Assembly (NCBI GenBank): GCA_002495675.1
Contig: DAGH01000025.1
Coordinates: 14,258-78,257, forward strand
DNA length: 64,000 bases
Reading direction: 5' to 3'
Source: Euryarchaeota archaeon UBA182
GTDB taxonomy: Archaea > Thermoplasmatota > Poseidoniia > Poseidoniales > Thalassarchaeaceae
This document shows positions 58,386 to 64,000 of the stretch, piece after piece. Below the pieces are notes generated by a model that did not search any database, was not told the DNA's origin, and was given only the letters and a program-made list of their open reading frames with translations. The translations under genes were made by a program, and so were the position numbers. Positions within the stretch are counted from its first letter, which is position 1. Each line of letters opens with the position of its first letter.

Positions 58386-59891
58386 TCATGGCGTTGCCTG
58401 CTGGGCTTCCTTCGCCCCATCCTTCCTCTTGGCTTCAAGCCTGTCGAGATAGGTGGCGTCTATCGCACCTGCAATGTAAATTCCATCGAAGCATGAGCAA
58501 TCGAACGTCACAGCATTGGTGGAGTCTCCTGTGCAGGCTGCAATTAGATCATCGAGTCTCTGATATACCATCCAATCCGCACCGATGGCCTCACAAATCT
58601 GGTCGACAGATCGACCATGGGCGATGTATTCCTCTCTCGCTGGCATGTCAATGCCATACACGTTTGGATGGATCACAGGAGGGGCACAGCTGGCGAAAAA
58701 GACGCTCTTCGCACCAGCCGACCTTGCCATTTCCACGATTCTCTTGGAGGTATTTCCCCTAACGATGCTGTCATCCACAATCAGGACGTTCTTGTTTTTG
58801 AATTCGCCCTCAATGGTGTTCAATTTCTTCCTCACGGAATCCTTCCTGACACTCTGGCCCGGCATGATGAATGTCCTGCCGATATATCGGTTCTTGACGA
58901 AACCCTCTCGGTATTGCACGCCCAGGGTTCTTGCCATCTCCAATGCTGCGATTCTCCCGCTATCTGGGACTGGGACCACGACGTCGATTTCGTGGGACGG
59001 CCTCTCCGCCAGTATTCTCTCCCCCAGCAACCTCCCCATCCTGAGCCTCGCACCATGGACGGAGATTCCGTCGATGGTTGAGTCTGGTCTGGAGAAGTAG
59101 ACATGTTCGAAGATGCAAGGGCGATGTTCTCCGTTTGGTGCGGTAACCTTTGAGCTGAAAGCTCCATTGGACCTGATTATGACGGTCTCGCCCGGCGCCA
59201 CATCCCGCTCCAACTTGAAATCCAGTACGTCTAGGGCCACACTCTCAGATGCGAAAATCCACTCAGTCTTGCCCTTGACTTCCCTTGAGCCCATGCACAA
59301 TGGCCTTATTCCATTCTTGTCCCTGATTGCAACTACGCCCCATCCAGTTATCATCGCGACAACGGAGAATGAGCCGACTGCACGTTGGTGCAACCTCTCA
59401 ACAGCCAAAAACACCGAATCCTCGTCCAATCCCCCATCCATACCACCTCGATCTGCTACCGCCCTCTGTAGTTCCGCCGCAAAGAGGTTCAAGAGTGCCT
59501 CAGAGTCGGAATCCGTGTTGATTCTCCTGTGATCCTTTCTTTGCAGATCCTCAATGAGTTCATCTGAGTTGGTTAGGTTCCCGTTGTGGGCTATGCTCAG
59601 TCCAAAGGGGGAATTGGTGTAGAAGGGTTGGGCCTCGGCAGCGGAGCTGCTACCGGCTGTGGGGTACCTGACGTGGCCGATACCCATAGATCCCTGTAGG
59701 AGTTCGATGTGCTTCAGCTGGAAGACGTCACGGACAAGGCCATTTGCTCTGCGATGGTAGACCCGCGATGGGGTGCTAGTAAGTATTCCCGCAGCGTCCT
59801 GACCGCGATGTTGCAGAACAAGCAAGCCATCATACAGAGTTGGGGAGATGGTAGACTCGGGCACCCCGACAATTCCTAGTATGCCGCACAT
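58386..59891 (-). CDS. purF: Amidophosphoribosyltransferase
   Basis: MCGILG, LQHRGQDAAG, GHVRY, HNGN, CIFEHVYFSRPDS, VDDSIVRGNTS. Confidence 0.97.
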   Translation of the reverse strand: MCGILGIVGVPESTISPTLYDGLLVLQHRGQDAAGILTSTPSRVYHRRANGLVRDVFQLKHIELLQGSMGIGHVRYPTAGSSSAAEAQPFYTNSPFGLSIAHNGNLTNSDELIEDLQRKDHRRINTDSDSEALLNLFAAELQRAVADRGGMDGGLDEDSVFLAVERLHQRAVGSFSVVAMITGWGVVAIRDKNGIRPLCMGSREVKGKTEWIFASESVALDVLDFKLERDVAPGETVIIRSNGAFSSKVTAPNGEHRPCIFEHVYFSRPDSTIDGISVHGARLRMGRLLGERILAERPSHEIDVVVPVPDSGRIAALEMARTLGVQYREGFVKNRYIGRTFIMPGQSVRKDSVRKKLNTIEGEFKNKNVLIVDDSIVRGNTSKRIVEMARSAGAKSVFFASCAPPVIHPNVYGIDMPAREEYIAHGRSVDQICEAIGADWMVYQRLDDLIAACTGDSTNAVTFDCSCFDGIYIAGAIDATYLDRLEAKRKDGAKEAQQATP

Positions 59892-59946
59892 GGTGAACAC
59901 GCTGCTCTGGTGACGTCGGAACTTAGGCATTCCCCAAAGCGCAGAG

Positions 59947-60126
59947 TTAGTCAGTCATGCGCCGATTCTTCTTGGCCCATCTGTAGCCGCGCATCCTTGC
60001 TGTCTTCCCGAACCCACAGGAAGCGCAGACGGCTTTGGACTTGTGATAGGAGTGCCTGCCACAGCGTCTGCAACGGATGTGCGTTTGCTTCTGCCTCTTT
60101 CCCATGCTGGGTGTTCCCTTTGACAT
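59947..60126 (-). CDS. rpl37e: 50S ribosomal protein L37e
   Basis: Hand translation [59 protein letters not shown]. Confidence 0.96.
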   Translation of the reverse strand: MSKGTPSMGKRQKQTHIRCRRCGRHSYHKSKAVCASCGFGKTARMRGYRWAKKNRRMTD

Positions 60127-60197
60127 GCCAAGCCCTCCTCGATGCTCGCGCGACCTACCTCAATGTTATGAGGGTTATCACTGGACTCAATATCAAA

Positions 60198-60482
60198 TTA
60201 CGATGAACCCGGGACCCTGTTCATGGTTATCTTCAGCATCACAAATGAGGCAAGAAGGGAGCTCAACGATAGCATTGAGAAGGTGGCACTGATCGATCCT
60301 TGAACGATGTCATTAGAGAGCCGCGATGAGAGCCAAATGGACAACGCGGTGTTGAGTAGTGAGGTGAAAATTAGGATTTTTGAGGATGATCCCGATCTGT
60401 AAGTCGCAAACAGATGGATCGAGAATGCCAGTGCTATGATCGAATAACCAACGATGAAACCCGAGAGGGGGGCAGGGGTCAT
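60198..60482 (-). CDS. Small membrane protein (3 TM), unknown function
   Basis: Three hydrophobic segments; ATGA overlap with the upstream membrane gene. Confidence 0.6.
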   Translation of the reverse strand: MTPAPLSGFIVGYSIIALAFSIHLFATYRSGSSSKILIFTSLLNTALSIWLSSRLSNDIVQGSISATFSMLSLSSLLASFVMLKITMNRVPGSS

Positions 60483-61057
60483 TCTCCACCACCACCTAGG
60501 TGTTTTGCCAGAATAGACAGCATCGCATCCCTCTCATCATCATCCAAGCCCGGGGCAGGCGGGAGGGGGGGTTCAAAATTTTCAGACAGGGCTGTGAGAC
60601 CGATGATGGACAGAAGTCCGATCATAATTCCAACTATGACCGGCAGGGATTTGATCAGTGTGTCCACGGTCAGCAGCCCGCTTGGGTGGAATACAAGTGA
60701 TAGGATCACCGATGCCAGTATCATGATCCAGCCAACAGACAAACTGGGGATGGAATAATCCCCATAAGAGCCAGCCCCGTTTAGAGCCAAAGCGACACCG
60801 GAGACCAGTAATGCCAGCCAGATCGCCGTGTACCTCAGTACCGATGACAAGTCCGATGTACCACAGGAGTCGTAGAAACTACACAAGAAATCATCTGTAA
60901 TTTTGCTATCAAAATCCCATGAGAGGATGAGTATCAACCCAATGATGAAGGTTGATGGGGCGATCCTCCTTCTAAGGTATGCTGGCCCCATCCTGTTCCA
61001 AGAGAGGGATGCGACGCATATCGCGCCCCCGATAATGGCCGGCAATGGTGTGCTCAT
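60479..61057 (-). CDS. Multi-pass membrane protein, unknown function
   Basis: About five hydrophobic helices; TTCAA motif at -29..-25. Confidence 0.7.
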   Translation of the reverse strand: MSTPLPAIIGGAICVASLSWNRMGPAYLRRRIAPSTFIIGLILILSWDFDSKITDDFLCSFYDSCGTSDLSSVLRYTAIWLALLVSGVALALNGAGSYGDYSIPSLSVGWIMILASVILSLVFHPSGLLTVDTLIKSLPVIVGIMIGLLSIIGLTALSENFEPPLPPAPGLDDDERDAMLSILAKHLGGGGE

Positions 61058-61176
61058 GTGGCACGGGATGAGTCGTACGGCTTGAATCAGCCGGGGATTT
61101 CGATTGGTTCCAGACAGCCTCCACTATCGCCACACTCAAATAGGGACCGTTGGTGGACGGCTCGCTGGTGATACAG

Positions 61177-61458
61177 ATGGTAAAGCGCCCGAGGAAAGTT
61201 ATGCGCTACAGTCCGTCTGCTGGAAAGCACACTGAGCACACAGTCGAGCGGGTCAAGAAGCGCCGCGCCAGCGAGTTGAAATGGGGCCAGAGGCGTTTCC
61301 GAAGAGTGACCGCTGGATACAGGGGTTTCCCACGGCCGAAGCCCTCCGGCGAGAAACCGACGAAGAGAGTGAATCTGCTCTACAGATGCACTGAGACAGG
61401 TAAGGCACATCAACCCGCAGCAAAGAGAGCGAAGAAGTTCGAACTCGTGGACAGGTGA
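61177..61458 (+). CDS. rpl44e: 50S ribosomal protein L44e
   Basis: KHTEHTV, ASELKWGQRRFRRVTAGYRGFPRPKP, KPTKR, RAKKFELV. Confidence 0.96.
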   Translation: MVKRPRKVMRYSPSAGKHTEHTVERVKKRRASELKWGQRRFRRVTAGYRGFPRPKPSGEKPTKRVNLLYRCTETGKAHQPAAKRAKKFELVDR

Positions 61459-61464
61459 ACGTAG

Positions 61465-61638
61465 ATGTCAGGATCGGACTTTCTGAAGGTGAGCTGCAAG
61501 GACTGCGGGAACGAAACGATAATCTTCAGCAGAGCTTCGTCTGAAGTCTCCTGCTCCGTCTGCGGAAGTACGCTTGCTAAACCCAAGGGCGGGAAGGCAG
61601 ACCTGGTGGGGAGCACGATCGTCGAAGTCCTCGAGTGA
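61465..61638 (+). CDS. rps27e: 30S ribosomal protein S27e
   Basis: Hand translation MSGSDFLKVSCKDCGNETIIFSRASSEVSCSVCGSTLAKPKGGKADLVGSTIVEVLE*. Confidence 0.95.
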   Translation: MSGSDFLKVSCKDCGNETIIFSRASSEVSCSVCGSTLAKPKGGKADLVGSTIVEVLE

Positions 61639-61651
61639 AGGGGGGCGAATC

Positions 61652-62437
61652 TTGGCAAGAAAACAAACATGGCCAGAAGAAGGCGACCTGCTCGTCTGCA
61701 TCGTAAAGTCAGTCAGCGACAAGGGGGCCTACCTGGAGATAGATGGCCTGGATGGGGTCGAGGGCTTCGTCTTCATCGGCGAGGTCGCCGCAGGATGGGT
61801 CAAATCTGTAAGATCTCACCTCAGGGAGGGGCAGAGAGTCGTAGCCAAGGCCATTGGGGTCAAACAGGACCGAGGAAGGATTGACCTCTCCATCAAATCA
61901 GTCTCTGACGAAAGGCGTCGGGATGCTCTCCAGTTCTGGAAGAACGAGCAACGAGCTGGGCAGATCATGAAGGTGGCGGCCGAGAGGGTCAAATGGAGCG
62001 ATGACGAGCTTGATTCCAAGTCTGACGACCTCGTTGACGCCTTCGGCTCCTTGTATGGCGCCCTGGAAGAGGCTGCCGGCGACCCAGATTCCCTCTCCAA
62101 TGCCGGCTTCTCAGGTGATTGGACCACCACCATCGTGGAACTAGCCGTTGAGAACATCGTCCCCGAGTCGGTGAAACTCAAGGGCAGCTTCCACATAGAG
62201 ATCTGGTCCAGCGAGGGGGTTGCGGGGATCATGAAAGTCCTGGAGAAAGCCGAGGAAAGCGCCAGTTCAGCTGATGAAGTGACACTCACATGCCACTACG
62301 ACGGGGCCCCGAATTATCGAGTCGAGATCGAAGGCCCCGACTACAACTCTGCTGAATCAGCCTGGGAGGCTTGCGTCAAGGCGGCCGAGTCTGAGATGGC
62401 GGCCTTTGACGGGAAATTCGCTGCTGATAGGGTCTGA
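61652..62437 (+). CDS. eif2a: Translation initiation factor 2 alpha subunit
   Basis: WPEEGDL, S1 domain EGFVFIGEVAAGWVK, IDLSIK, GAPNYR. TTG start at 61652; canonical L44e-S27e-aIF2a-Nop10 order. Confidence 0.95.
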   Translation: MARKQTWPEEGDLLVCIVKSVSDKGAYLEIDGLDGVEGFVFIGEVAAGWVKSVRSHLREGQRVVAKAIGVKQDRGRIDLSIKSVSDERRRDALQFWKNEQRAGQIMKVAAERVKWSDDELDSKSDDLVDAFGSLYGALEEAAGDPDSLSNAGFSGDWTTTIVELAVENIVPESVKLKGSFHIEIWSSEGVAGIMKVLEKAEESASSADEVTLTCHYDGAPNYRVEIEGPDYNSAESAWEACVKAAESEMAAFDGKFAADRV

Positions 62438-62484
62438 TAACCGTATTACTTCAAGGACCAGTTGCATCGGTATTTGGCTCGCGC

Positions 62485-62700
62485 ATGCCAAGATCAAAGT
62501 TGCAGAGATGCCCTACATGTCACTCCTACGGCTTCAAGAGAGTGTGTGACTGTGGGGCTACCCGTGTATCTGTGGCGCCATTGAAGTACTCCCCGGAAGA
62601 TCCCCAAGGAGACAGGCGCAGAACGAGGGAGGGCTGGGGGACAGAGGAGTGGGTCGATGGACTTCCCAGCCCACGCAATGCAGGGGAGGAAGAGGAGTGA
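62485..62700 (+). CDS. nop10: H/ACA RNP protein Nop10
   Basis: CPTCHSY...CDCG...PLKYSPEDP.G..RR. Confidence 0.9.
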   Translation: MPRSKLQRCPTCHSYGFKRVCDCGATRVSVAPLKYSPEDPQGDRRRTREGWGTEEWVDGLPSPRNAGEEEE

Positions 62701-63446
62701 ACAGAACAAAGGTCCATTGGCTGAAGGAAATGCCCCTGCACACGGCAGTGTTGGAGGCAGTGCCGGGGATCGGCAATGTTGGGAAGCTGATCGTCGACGG
62801 CCTAGTCTCGACCCATCAATCTGAGTTAATTGCCATGTTCTTGCACCCAGATATGCCTCCTCATGCAACCCTAGGCTCAGATGGAATCCTAAGGCCATCC
62901 CATATCTCCATGCACTCCGTCGACCTGGGGGGCTCCAACATCCTGTGCATAGGTTCCAATGCCCAACCCATGACTGCCTCGGGGCAGTACGAGATGTCAG
63001 AAAAGATACTGGAAACGCTGAATGAACACAGTACGTCCCCACTCTATGTCCTTGCGGGACTGGCAATGCCCCCTGAGTCCAAGGACATTCACCTTGTGTG
63101 CTCAGACTTGAGGATCAAGGAGCAGTTGGGAGAAAGGGGGCTACGCGTGAAGTCTGATCAACCAGAAGCGGGAATGATAGGCTTGGCTGGGTTACTAATA
63201 TCAATGGCTCCTTTGTACGGTGTGGATGTTGTGGGATTTGTGGCTGAGACAGTGGGCGGTGCGACAGATGCTGCTGCAGCCGAGAGGCTCTCACGCTTCA
63301 TCGAGCAGGAGTTCGGTACAGCCGTTGCTTTGAGTCTGGACAGGACACAGAAGATTGCATCCGAACTGCTGGAGTCCGTTGGGATATCTGAATCTGCAAT
63401 CGCCGAGTTAATGGGGGAGTCCGGCCTGGGTGACCTCTACGTTTGA
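62697..63446 (+). CDS. Proteasome assembly chaperone (PAC2) family protein
   Basis: PGIGNVGKL, PPH, QP....GQY, G.IG.AGLL, ET.G...D..AA; usual position after nop10. Confidence 0.88.
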   Translation: MNRTKVHWLKEMPLHTAVLEAVPGIGNVGKLIVDGLVSTHQSELIAMFLHPDMPPHATLGSDGILRPSHISMHSVDLGGSNILCIGSNAQPMTASGQYEMSEKILETLNEHSTSPLYVLAGLAMPPESKDIHLVCSDLRIKEQLGERGLRVKSDQPEAGMIGLAGLLISMAPLYGVDVVGFVAETVGGATDAAAAERLSRFIEQEFGTAVALSLDRTQKIASELLESVGISESAIAELMGESGLGDLYV

Positions 63447-63454
63447 GGGTTGAC

Positions 63455-64000
63455 ATGAGGGTCCTTCTTGGGAGTGGTGGAATTGGCACCAAGGAACGAA
63501 CCGCTAGGTTCAAAGGTCTACTGACCGAGCATTTTGAGGGTTGCAGCAGAATTCTATTCATCCCACTGGCTTCTGCGAATCACCAAGACAGGGTCATCAA
63601 GATGAGGGATCTGTTGGGTATGGACGAGTCCAATCTCGTGCTCATCGATCAAAGCCATGCGGAGGATCAGATACAGGACGTTGACGGGATCTACATGGGA
63701 GGAGGGAATTCATTCCTACTGATTCAAGAGCTTCACAGACTGGGTATCGTCAAGGCGATCAGGGAGTCTGTCAAGAACGGCATGCCGTACGTCGGCGTTA
63801 GCGCAGGTAGCAACGTGGCTTGTCCAACCATGATGACCACGAACGACATGCCGATCGTGCTCCCTGAAACCTTTGACTCACTAGGCATCGTTCCGTTCCA
63901 GATCAACCCACACTATTACCCCGGGAAAATTACATTCACCCACCAAGGCGATCAACACCCCCACTACGGCGAGTCCCGGGCACAGAGGATCTCGGAATAC
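63455..64000 (+). CDS. pepE: Peptidase E (S51 dipeptidase), 3' end beyond the window
   Basis: Hand translation: ILFIPLA, GIYMGGGNSF, GVSAGSNVACPT..TTNDMPIV, PFQINPHY, HYGESRAQRI. Confidence 0.92.
   Translation, partial: MRVLLGSGGIGTKERTARFKGLLTEHFEGCSRILFIPLASANHQDRVIKMRDLLGMDESNLVLIDQSHAEDQIQDVDGIYMGGGNSFLLIQELHRLGIVKAIRESVKNGMPYVGVSAGSNVACPTMMTTNDMPIVLPETFDSLGIVPFQINPHYYPGKITFTHQGDQHPHYGESRAQRISEY

Overview
Gene-dense archaeal chromosomal segment. Archaea-specific informational genes (PolD DP1, rpl37e, rpl44e, rps27e, aIF2-alpha, Nop10, PAC2, NOB1-like, archaeal-type PheS and TyrRS), together with many acidic TSP3/GCTD-repeat surface proteins, suggest Marine Group II Euryarchaeota/Poseidoniales; the taxon is an inference. 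The window holds a hemA-hemC/D-hemB-hemL operon, divergent ahcY/metK, an extracytoplasmic LVIVD-SCO-SCO-YHYH cluster, sufS-sufE-sufT, four tRNAs (Ala, Thr, Glu, Val), acyl-CoA dehydrogenases with ETF, purF and a ribosomal/translation cluster. The standout is a tightly coupled operon at 47265-56813 (minus strand): fabI, then a 2708-aa iterative type I PKS/FAS (KS-AT-degenerate ACP-KS-ACP-ACP-KR-DH), then a phosphopantetheinyl transferase. This is an apparently complete ACP-dependent fatty-acid/polyketide machine sitting among archaeal core genes, and its second KS retains the Cys-His-His triad. Other notable items are bacterial-type MetK, a class II CCA enzyme, a bacterial-type HMG-CoA synthase, a GH53, a GcvH homologue lacking the lipoyl lysine, and a TTCAA motif recurring at -29..-25 before many gene starts (candidate non-canonical TATA box with leaderless mRNAs). 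I saw no CRISPR, rRNA, transposase or integrase. All calls come from motif reading by eye; no database searches were run.
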